Positions 21,801 to 29,056 of a stretch of DNA of 64,000 bases are shown piece after piece. Under the pieces are notes generated by a model. The model was not told the origin of the DNA. It ran no database searches and worked only from the letters and a program-made list of their open reading frames with translations. The stretch is taken from assembly GCA_000165345.1 (NCBI GenBank), contig CM000431.1, positions 992,001 to 1,056,000 on the forward strand. Reading direction: 5' to 3'. Made by a program: the position numbers and the translations under genes. The first letter of the stretch is position 1; each line of letters starts with the position of its first letter.

Positions 21801-24503
21801 TCTGGTCAGAACAAAGATAATTTGAAGTAATATATCCACAGTAGATTGAATATCACAACAAAGAAGAAGACTTGAATGCCATTTCAAGTCTTCATATGGT
21901 TCAATAGCCTTACTTTTATGAGGATTCATACACTGTACTAACTTAAGCAAAGCTAACCATCCATTATACCATAATTCCATGTACAACTTTTTAATCAAGC
22001 ACCTTGCTTCTTCAAATGTTATTTTTCTACATGATAGTTCTTCCTGTATCATTTCAGTGCATTTATTGAGAAAAATAAAGTAAATCAAATCAATACATTG
22101 AAGTAAATACTTAGAATCGTGCATTGAATATGTATATTTTCTATTGATAACGGCACTGCTTTGAGAACTTAGGGTTGGGATTGAAATCTTAGATATTAAG
22201 TTGTCATTAACACTATTTTCATGATCAGTTTTCTGATATATAACAGAACTTTCAAGGATTTGAAAAGTTGTAAAAAATATATTTTGAATTAAATTGTTAT
22301 CAAGAGCCATAGAAACCAACATTCTATCAATTGTGAAAAGCTGTACAGCAATTCTAGTTAGAACTTTATCTTGTCTTTTCACTAATTCATTATAGTTTCT
22401 CATAAAAATATCAGGGAAAATCTCTTCTTTAAATACAGAATCAAACATCATAACAAGTAGAAGGTCAGTTAGATCATTTTGTTTATAAATCTTTGAAATT
22501 AAAGCCTGGTGAATCAAGGAATCATTTGTTTCATTAAGCTGTCTAGACCATTTCATCCAGAAAATATCCAAATATGTAAGGTCTTCAATTTTAAAATCTG
22601 TTTGCTCTGAAATGGATTCACTATTTTTTTCAAGATCTAACATGTAATTCTTGGAATTATTGCTGATATTCATTTTATTTTGAGATTCCATGGTGGTATC
22701 CTTTACCGAGGTAAATTGAAATTCAGAATGAATTGTTCTAAGAAGGTCCTTAACTTTATGAACTGTTAAAGAGTGGATTTTTTTGTTAATATAGTCATCA
22801 ATTAAAGGCTTAAGTAATTTACATGCAAATTTGTTTCTATATTTAATATCACTGCTCATATTCGACTTATTAGAAATTCCAAACATCAATAGCTTATGTA
22901 TTGGCGATCCAAAAATCTCACCCATTAAGGGTAAGAAGATTGATTGGTAGTTTTCACATAAACTAATAAACCATTGAAAGAAGTATGAGTCCATTTGGAA
23001 ATTCTTTTCCTGTTTAAATAAAAGCAATATAGGAATAGTACCATCACTTAAGTTTTGTCCCCTAATAGTTTGAAATTGAAGAATTGGCACTTCTTCAAAA
23101 GTATGGTTTCCTTGTGGAGGAGCAATTAATCTGTTGAATATACTAGGATTTTCTGAATTTGATTGTTGATCACTAATTTCAGTTTCATTTTCAATAGAAC
23201 TATCTTCCACATTGTTATCTACTGAATTCTCCATTCTAATGTCTTCAGAATTTAAATAGTCAGAGAACATATTAATTTCAGAATCATCTGAAAGATCTTC
23301 TTCTTGCATATAGAAGTCCAAAACATTAAAACTATCTTCTGATCTTTCTTCATTTCTTTTTTGTTCAACAATCTTTGATAATAACTTTGAATGAAATGGT
23401 AGGTATATCTCTTTTGTATTAGGAGCAGTACAATATAGCCTAGATAAGCAAACAACATGGCAAAGCACTCCATGAAAGAGTCCTTTCAAGTTAGATTTAA
23501 GTGTATTCCAATTAGAATTTACACTTGTATAAGTACTGTTCGTATCCGAAATAGTATGTTTTCTGCAAAATCCATCCCTGTTCCAGGCCTGCTCATCCCC
23601 ACAATCACAACAACCACCGTAGTCTGACTTATATATATAGTATTCATGATTTTCATGATTTCCGTTTTGGAAACAATCTACACAAATACACGACGAGGTT
23701 GAGGTTCCGCAAGTGATACATCTATAAGCAATATGCTGGCCACTCCAAATCTGAGAGCATCTACTTAATGTCCCCATTTCTTTTGGAAGCCTTAATCTTG
23801 AGAAGAATGTGGAATCAAGCTCACAATTCTTAAAGACACTGGTAAAATCATCAAATTCAGGACTCATCAAGAGTTCTAGAATAGAAATAATAACAAAATC
23901 TAGGGTTTCATTAGTAGGGTTCAAGGAGCTACAACTTGCAGATGAATATATTTCTGAATCAAGTTTTAATGCTTTTGCTTGATTTACCCATTTTTGTTTA
24001 CTTGATTTTGGCAGCTTAAATTCAATATTCTTGTTAGTTTCACATATAGCAGCATACCAATATACTTTTTCATCATCCAGAGAGTATGCAGTAGAGAATA
24101 ATTCAATAGCTAAAAGTGTGACCCAATCACTAGTGGGATTGTATTTATCATTAACTAACTCACAAATTAAAAAAATGATTTCTCCAAGCAATTCGCTTTG
24201 AAATTCATTTTCTTTATCATCAATAAATAATAAAATGTATTCATTATAAGATAAGTTCAAGTTAAAAGTAGAACCATTGTAAATGTTTTTCGGTAACACT
24301 GGACCACATTTAATTAAGTGAGCCCTTAAACATAAAAGCCTAAATTTCAAAGCTTGAAGAGATGAATAGCATGCCTTATTGATTGAAAACCATTGTTTCA
24401 TAATCGAATCTTTAAGCGCTATTTTAGGAACTTTAGTGAAATCAATAAAGTCATCATTTATCATTTGGGTACCATCTGTGTGCATTTCTGGAATTTTCAT
24501 CAT
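15867..24503 (-). CDS. UBR-box E3 ubiquitin ligase (N-recognin, UBR1/2/3 family), 2878 aa
   Basis: UBR-type zinc finger at about 23556-23759: CSQIWSGQHIAYRCITCGTSTSSCICVDCFQNGNHENHEYYIYKSDYGGCCDCGDEQAWNRDGFCRKH. The C-terminal RING-H2-like/UBR autoinhibitory region has CVFCHEP...CGHLIHYKCV...CPYCN. It is one continuous ORF. Confidence 0.8.
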   Translation of the reverse strand: MMKIPEMHTDGTQMINDDFIDFTKVPKIALKDSIMKQWFSINKACYSSLQALKFRLLCLRAHLIKCGPVLPKNIYNGSTFNLNLSYNEYILLFIDDKENEFQSELLGEIIFLICELVNDKYNPTSDWVTLLAIELFSTAYSLDDEKVYWYAAICETNKNIEFKLPKSSKQKWVNQAKALKLDSEIYSSASCSSLNPTNETLDFVIISILELLMSPEFDDFTSVFKNCELDSTFFSRLRLPKEMGTLSRCSQIWSGQHIAYRCITCGTSTSSCICVDCFQNGNHENHEYYIYKSDYGGCCDCGDEQAWNRDGFCRKHTISDTNSTYTSVNSNWNTLKSNLKGLFHGVLCHVVCLSRLYCTAPNTKEIYLPFHSKLLSKIVEQKRNEERSEDSFNVLDFYMQEEDLSDDSEINMFSDYLNSEDIRMENSVDNNVEDSSIENETEISDQQSNSENPSIFNRLIAPPQGNHTFEEVPILQFQTIRGQNLSDGTIPILLLFKQEKNFQMDSYFFQWFISLCENYQSIFLPLMGEIFGSPIHKLLMFGISNKSNMSSDIKYRNKFACKLLKPLIDDYINKKIHSLTVHKVKDLLRTIHSEFQFTSVKDTTMESQNKMNISNNSKNYMLDLEKNSESISEQTDFKIEDLTYLDIFWMKWSRQLNETNDSLIHQALISKIYKQNDLTDLLLVMMFDSVFKEEIFPDIFMRNYNELVKRQDKVLTRIAVQLFTIDRMLVSMALDNNLIQNIFFTTFQILESSVIYQKTDHENSVNDNLISKISIPTLSSQSSAVINRKYTYSMHDSKYLLQCIDLIYFIFLNKCTEMIQEELSCRKITFEEARCLIKKLYMELWYNGWLALLKLVQCMNPHKSKAIEPYEDLKWHSSLLLCCDIQSTVDILLQIIFVLTRTSDDSNLVSISLENKNQDLTTFCIFRLVLNTVQSLIQWIRITSINESWNIIYDYVDNNSFNIEQDFCKYFITFEHDSSKYGEYYILHNHSILESQASIHIPLNRTSLQLIYIYLDYISRTKGYLDLNNIFDLLENLGILNDVLKITLLEHPLRSYCFVHQAFNLNDGSWLRNGLSPINEAQFYKKSHWSTMYILPDIFSIRLILNLLKKEESLLFMISSILSHFNLLKDEANCENNDNHSKQKADIMDSIQSNSNTEDKGDLKDIQETRNSCFNVIHSRKAIDKKVNCAVLLIMDIFTKVTSLDLPNSLSFNKSIYRYLLVQYLIRKNRSRSEIQDGLPISSSSSLYYGNFIQSIKSSNLNNIIDEILDSFCEKIPASDNKPILYKIKQPIGWMLYDPLLPIKFFGSEDETNYESICSHFNCWDNSLIIGNGIDGNKVSTEDNTPKKRRIGESNNLETNKEQQNGIMNKNISEEIPENSEKKFISDKFVKFPTKLCHIPLNEHFSSIIHFNSSQNMYIKSILLSNILHLVLPQLFEVTMGQTLMDDVRIMQHSFILLFNLINIEIMEYVYNAFKANMKGESQFKISFNRVSLSTETLENDLNFEFFSIPSTEIRNVNSKTYNESDSDGSLNISFYCLNQDCENDDYQYFAVKPSLCNQIKKELRKKQGEKLIQNRSPIELKDLYMTNICDLLRRGNVETVFELLMVPLILRFDNNLTYEQPFCLMDILVELLYSLRINDNDIHLGKNSSKFKFVSKEVLKIIPMESSLFLEWGLSIANQTSPDIESYFNNYLEELYNERRLLLQEKAAKLNPTNLKDKIQEKQKNILQEYMNRQKNFMNILKKSMILNDEEINSDEDKIDVMSDKPYVSNQIVGGEEHSDFCVFCHEPIHIEQDREKDENYIATFGYLDLQNSSLDSKRNIQSDTSLDGFQPNFGYTSFYLTICGHLIHYKCVGQYYKLFNNQNSSSSNYTNLRSDQETRQIQTEECNFEKKSEIQYVGFPLTYHKNKVGVSVRQMNIRENGETFKELNLPNSNNSVHILSSIPDNTGSKFTGRVRKYDINKEIYHLTNLTCPYCNTFSNIILPFKYFKNEELMMDICHEVQNNFESCKDDQLIDILDLLLDLQTKYEISDMIGDYYEGSCNGNLEIDVESIPILEQILSILTLFENLLPFNIPSINLSINGIPSINPIGFLTKIISDNIIVDTISCYENDMSVFASTNLFSSSRNLMYEIVIKSLKSIINNFPCMATSMIFNLIQILRDENKIDIWNYISLQSPSARFQILINLIILIDSTRTLKEQKVKENDTHFDNFYSKTNNKYNNSNNSIRDSSVRESQGYETLEQGDLRVMYILLMMFVLEVFSIVWTFWNPEWDEDEQVSKIRNPIIQAILNLNKCRKSHIDEENDNQKEDQSNENEAMSFFQELIYGNGFHLYKKLDLSSEEIEYKAQKINNISDSRINVNIFGTLPIQINPVNSDISVSEKKNKCDIIYSFKVKNSINKLSNESKREFYLSKYPNFILNTNSSYLNTKNKFKKYKQNQEDECNMDEFKLGDIKKLKDIVNLGIIVWLKLIVRFQNIYMKEKNKKIENSVNNNTRINGNEEDNSLDEQISILLQCISSRFCMNTNILEIAWIILTEFNINTDNDTDIDKHKNFINQSSGMMNSLLTIMLEKNLFIKLISKKKAIIPLTCLEVTVVNDIMVNSKRPLFNSNINSFYKSLSIEEFEIFKSSFLGLGKKFLNINESGQNIIIYNGFNQSTIIPPKMFHNLYNKLLSNPIKHWSRRYSNNINNLLICISCGSILCTEYSCCNETETSTNLSSSILDSYFYCYSRETEKTGNKNILSYSIPFGSGLNISLRSIPIRDHIAKCGKGLSFFLHVSSSIILSFRIDITSTKNETNNNLFNWIELDKQFLYGARACEFSTLYVDEYGEEDKHLIRGKPMILCPYRWTKLQNIIQKINIRRNTNLNWRSFQPFEFQSIN

Positions 24504-24713
24504 TAATTCATAAGCTCCTTCTTATCAAAATATTTCATTCTTAAATAAAGCAAAAAAAAAGAAAGCTTCCTATTATTATTACACACAATTTACACTAGCT
24601 TTAATCAACCCCACTTATTCCCGAATAACTTTTTATTTATTATATTTTTTTGATCGTGATGCTCGGCTTTTAAAGACATTTTGCGGTATTTAATTAGGTA
24701 CCGAATAAATTTG

Positions 24714-24738
24714 AGGCGCCAAAAACTTTGGCGGTCAG
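24714..24738. promoter_or_regulatory. paired E2F-like sites GGCGCCAAAAACTTTGGCGG in the divergent promoter between the UBR ligase and NSA2 genes
   Basis: GGCGCCAAAA at 24716-24725 and TTTGGCGG at 24727-24734; 230 bp upstream of the NSA2 ATG and 210 bp upstream of the UBR gene ATG, which is on the opposite strand. Confidence 0.4.
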
Positions 24739-24970
24739 TGCACTTAGAGAGAAAATAAGTGGTGAAAATATATATATTTAATGGTTAATTAAATATTAGC
24801 GGAATAATAAAATCAAGATTGGACAGCAAAATTGATTGTTTGTAAAGAAAATAAGCAAAATTCTTTCTCATAGAATACAGAGAAAGTTTTGTATTAGAGG
24901 AAGGTGGAAAGACTTTTTCTTTTTTTTTTTTTTGTAATAAAAGATAGCATTGATACTTATTTGACCAAAT

Positions 24971-25753
24971 ATGCCTCAGAATGAATATATTGAATTACAC
25001 AGAAAACGCCACGGATATAGGTTTGATCACTTTGAAAAGAAAAGAAAGTTTGAATCACGAAAAGTCCACAAAGATTCTCAACATGCTCAAAAACTCAGAG
25101 GTATAAAGGCTAAGCTTTACAATAAGAAGAGATATGCTGAAAAGGCCACTTTGAGAAAGTTAGTCAAAGCTAACGAGGAGAAAGATGCAGTTGAAAAGGA
25201 CCCAGAAAATGTACAGAAAGGTGCAGTTCCATCATACTTGTTGGACCGTGAGGGAGTTAATCGAACAAAGATTCTAAGTAATATGATAAAGCAGAAAAGA
25301 AAGGAAAAATCTGCAAAGTGGCAAGTACCTATTCCAAAAATTAAGGCTTTGAATGAAGATGAAATGTTCAAAATCTTAAGAACTGGTAAGAGACAGAAGA
25401 AATCATGGAAGAGAGTTGTCAATAAAGTTTGTTTTGTCGGAAATGACTTTACTAGAAAACCACCAAAGCTCGAGAGATACATTAGGCCAACTGGGCTAAG
25501 ATTTAAAAAGGCTCATGTTACACATCCAGAACTTAAGACCACTTTTTACCTTGATATTGTTTCCATCAAGAAAAATCCACAAAGTCAACTATATACTACA
25601 TTAGGTGTAATTACTAAAGGTACTATAATTGAAGTAAATGTTAGTGAACTAGGTCTTGTTACACAAACCGGTAAAGTTGTATGGGCAAAGTATGCTCAGG
25701 TAACTAATAATCCAGAAATTGATGGTTGCATTAATGCTGTTTTATTAGTTTAA
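24971..25753 (+). CDS. NSA2: ribosome biogenesis protein NSA2 (TINP1) homologue
   Basis: Near-collinear match over the full 260 aa to eukaryotic NSA2: [26 protein letters not shown]..., [117 protein letters not shown]. Confidence 0.92.
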   Translation: MPQNEYIELHRKRHGYRFDHFEKKRKFESRKVHKDSQHAQKLRGIKAKLYNKKRYAEKATLRKLVKANEEKDAVEKDPENVQKGAVPSYLLDREGVNRTKILSNMIKQKRKEKSAKWQVPIPKIKALNEDEMFKILRTGKRQKKSWKRVVNKVCFVGNDFTRKPPKLERYIRPTGLRFKKAHVTHPELKTTFYLDIVSIKKNPQSQLYTTLGVITKGTIIEVNVSELGLVTQTGKVVWAKYAQVTNNPEIDGCINAVLLV

Positions 25754-26039
25754 TTCAATACTATGTAACAAGGTTTATTATTAGATGGCAATACTAAGGT
25801 AAATTCACAAAATATATGATTTAGTCATTTTAATTTATATTAATTCTCGGATTAATTTTTTTTTTAATTTTCATTTTTGACCGGTACCTTATAATTAATA
25901 AATTAAAAATACCGGCGAATTTAGCCCCACTAATAATCAGAAAATACTCCAAAAAAAAGACATTTTCTTTCTTTCAATCTAAATAGCTTTTACAATGAAA
26001 TAAAATTCAAAAATAAATCTTCTTCGTCAGTCAAAGAAC

Positions 26040-28139
26040 ATGAAACCTAGCTTAGAATGTAAGCTTCTTTTAAAAACGAACACATACTTACCAGAGATAC
26101 CTACTTACTGGCTGGACTCTACAAATTTTCCAACATTTGATAGTGATACGTACGAAATTAAATCCAAAGAGATTAATGCCATAGATGCAGTTATTGATTC
26201 TACACAGATAGGTAACGGGCCCTTCACTTCTGCATGCTATAGTGAAGATGGAGAAATTTTGGCAGTGTCCAATTTAGAAGGGATTTATATATTAGGGTCT
26301 TATACTAGAACCTGTTTTGCAGCAATTCCATTTGGTTTATTGAAAAAAGAGCTTAAAATTGAAGACTCTGTGCTTCTTATTTGCAATGACATTTATATCT
26401 TTGGAAGAAACTGCTTACTTGGAGCCTTATTTAGTGAACATATTGTTTTCTGGGATTTATTCTCAAAGAAATTCAATAACTACGAATGCTATCTCCCAAA
26501 TTTTATTGGATCATTTAGTAATAAAGATCTTTTTCTGCATATCAATCAAAAGCAACAACTCTATAATTACCTACCACCTCAATACTTTAATATGATTGAT
26601 CCTGGAGACTTTGAAAGAAATAAATTTGTTTCAATTCAAGGAATTAAAACAAATCATGAAAAGGATGCCACTAAAACTGAGAGCCAAAATACGATCATTA
26701 TTGAATTTGTGCTTGAACTCTTCAACTCTTTGCCACTACTTGTACAAACAAAAACCAAATATATTACTCAAAATGAATTAAAAAATGAACTTTTAGATAA
26801 ATCATCAATTCAACAAGAATTTGCAATCCATTCTGTATCTTCAATATTTCCAGATTATATGTTGAATAATACTTCAACAAAATATGTAGACTTTAAAAAC
26901 AACAATAAATTGGTTTCTTTGGCTGTTTTTGAGAAGGAAGGACGTAGGGTTTATTCAAGTTTCGTTATAATTGGTGAAACAAATATATTACTTGTTTTTG
27001 ATGAATTTAAAACCATTCTTTCGCTAAAAACAATTCCGAGCTATGGAAAAAGGCATAACAAGTATCTTTATAGCTGTAATTTACAGTTTAACAAAGATGG
27101 AGATATTTTAGTATTACAGTACTCTGATAGGTTTACTGTTTATTCATTGAAACAAATAGATGACTCGAAATCTAGAGATAATTTTAGAGCAGATTCTGAC
27201 TTAAAACAGGTAAATGATTTGACTGAAAGTGAAAACTATAACGATACTGATGATGAAAGTGATCAAGAATATTTAACAGTATTGGGAATTAAATCTGAAA
27301 AATATGTTCCAACTATTAAGATTAAGCTACTCTACTCATATTCTCAAGTCATTCAAAAGGAATGGATTACTTCTATTTCTATATATAATGAAAAAATGTA
27401 TGACTCTCATCAAATTTGCACTGACAAGCTTTATGGTCCAATTAGTCAACTATACCCATGCGGTGTTTTGGCTATAACTACAATATCTTCAAATGGCCAA
27501 TCTTTTTATTACTTAATGAAAACTTGCTCTAACTCGGATGATAGAAGTTACGTTTCAAATTCTTTAAATATCAAGTGCGATCATTATTGTAATGATAATA
27601 CAGGATCAAATATGATAATTTGGAAGTTGGAGCTGACAAAGCTTAACGGAGTTAGAAAAATAATCTGGCAACCAGGAGATTCTATTTGTTTAGCAATTCA
27701 ATTTTCTGAAAGGCTTAAGAATACTAAACTCATGTATGATGACTACTATGAAATGAACAGTAAAAATGCGAGTTTATTAACTCATATAGATAAAAATAAT
27801 ATCTTTGGAAAAATATTCTTTATAGATTCTAGGTGTTCAAATGATGATATGTTACTTTGGTCGAGGTTGATGGAGGACTTTATTGCAATTCATAAAAACA
27901 AAGAATATATAGAGAAAGAGGATGAATTTGACAAAGTGGATGAGAAACAAGACGATTCAGAACTTGATGAAATTAAAAAGACTTTTCTTGATGAGTATTA
28001 TAAAGTAGTTTCAAAGCAAGACACACACCAACAAGGTTATAATGAAATACAAATACAAAAATTCTCGGAAGACTTACATGAGTTTAATAAGAATTTGGAT
28101 AAGAAAGTCTATTGGTTTGATATAAACAGAAAGGTTTAA
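26040..28139 (+). CDS. hypothetical protein, 699 aa, no recognisable domain
   Basis: Long uninterrupted ORF in a gene-dense region. The composition is typical of the neighbouring genes. There is an acidic stretch near the C-terminus. Confidence 0.4.
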   Translation: MKPSLECKLLLKTNTYLPEIPTYWLDSTNFPTFDSDTYEIKSKEINAIDAVIDSTQIGNGPFTSACYSEDGEILAVSNLEGIYILGSYTRTCFAAIPFGLLKKELKIEDSVLLICNDIYIFGRNCLLGALFSEHIVFWDLFSKKFNNYECYLPNFIGSFSNKDLFLHINQKQQLYNYLPPQYFNMIDPGDFERNKFVSIQGIKTNHEKDATKTESQNTIIIEFVLELFNSLPLLVQTKTKYITQNELKNELLDKSSIQQEFAIHSVSSIFPDYMLNNTSTKYVDFKNNNKLVSLAVFEKEGRRVYSSFVIIGETNILLVFDEFKTILSLKTIPSYGKRHNKYLYSCNLQFNKDGDILVLQYSDRFTVYSLKQIDDSKSRDNFRADSDLKQVNDLTESENYNDTDDESDQEYLTVLGIKSEKYVPTIKIKLLYSYSQVIQKEWITSISIYNEKMYDSHQICTDKLYGPISQLYPCGVLAITTISSNGQSFYYLMKTCSNSDDRSYVSNSLNIKCDHYCNDNTGSNMIIWKLELTKLNGVRKIIWQPGDSICLAIQFSERLKNTKLMYDDYYEMNSKNASLLTHIDKNNIFGKIFFIDSRCSNDDMLLWSRLMEDFIAIHKNKEYIEKEDEFDKVDEKQDDSELDEIKKTFLDEYYKVVSKQDTHQQGYNEIQIQKFSEDLHEFNKNLDKKVYWFDINRKV

Positions 28140-28234
28140 AGCAATATAGTACCTAATTAGCTGTATATATATACATTTATACAGTCCTTAATAAATTATT
28201 ATTAATTATACAATTTACTATTTAATGTTGAAAT

Positions 28235-28570
28235 TTACTCTTTTAACAACTCCTTATATCTTTGATTTGGTATTAAGAATAAATTAAAATCATTATTGAC
28301 TGCACAACTTGGATTCTCCATTTTAATCATATTTCTCAAGTTTTCATCCCTAATAACAAATCTACCATCTTCTGTTGTCTCTATACTTTTCTTTAAACAT
28401 TCTTCGATAAATTTTTGTCCTAAAATTGAAACAATTGAAAACAAATTAGGGTCTGATGACTTTGCACCTTGCCTATTCATAATATACTCAACACACTCCT
28501 TTGGGAAGATTATGCTTTCTATCTTTGCCTCGTCTGATTCTGTATTTGCAGATTTTCCTGGTAGTGTCAT
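28235..28570 (-). CDS. TAF13-like histone-fold protein (TFIID subunit 13 / SPT3 N-terminal-like), 111 aa
   Basis: IIFPKECVEYIMNRQGAKSSDPNLFSIVSILGQKFIEECLKKSIETTEDGRFVIRDENLRNMIKMENP aligns with human TAF13 LFSKELRCMMYGFGDDQNPYTESVDILEDLVIEFITEMTHKAMSIGRQGRVQVEDIVFLIRKDP. Confidence 0.45.
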   Translation of the reverse strand: MTLPGKSANTESDEAKIESIIFPKECVEYIMNRQGAKSSDPNLFSIVSILGQKFIEECLKKSIETTEDGRFVIRDENLRNMIKMENPSCAVNNDFNLFLIPNQRYKELLKE

Positions 28571-28716
28571 TCTTCCTTTCTATTAAATTTATTATTGGCT
28601 AAAAACAAAATAATGAATAAATTCAGTAAAGCAAGTCTGACTATATGCAACAGTACCCACTAATATTTACCCTAAACCGTCATAAGTTAATCCTGTGTTC
28701 CATTCCTTAATATAAA

Positions 28717-28857
28717 TTTCCCGCAATTAAAATAATTAGTTCTTAGAAAATATAAATTAATTTGTTCAACATTTCCCGCATTACTCATTTTTTTTAAATT
28801 ATTAGAATTGCAAAAAATGTCACAGAAAATTGAGAATGGTGGCGCCAATGGCGGCAA
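28717..28857. promoter_or_regulatory. cluster of E2F-like sites (TTTCCCGCAA, TTTCCCGCA, GGTGGCGCCAATGGCGGCAA) in the divergent promoter between the TAF13-like and APC4-like genes
   Basis: TTTCCCGC at 28717-28724 and 28772-28779; GGCGCCAATGGCGG at 28841-28854; all within the 486-bp spacer 200-340 bp upstream of the ATG at 29057. Confidence 0.45.
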
Positions 28858-29056
28858 CTTACTAATATGAGGGGTGTATACTAGCAAACAACTAGTATAG
28901 GCTGCAAATGGGAATTGAAGTATGGTGTGTGGAATAAGTATTAAAAAGATAATAGCTTGTGAATAATTTCATTAAAAATTAAATGACATTGACTAAATTA
29001 TCAAGAAAAGTCACTATTTAAGCCCAATTAGGACTTGAAGTAATGAAAATTATAAG

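Noticed and set aside
16714-23473. Multiple 60-120-aa ORFs on either strand inside the UBR ligase gene (for example 16714-17076, 20269-20565, 23252-23473)
   Set aside because: They are embedded in a continuous 2878-aa ORF that carries recognisable domains. They are low-complexity, I/F/L-rich artefacts of AT-rich antisense frames.
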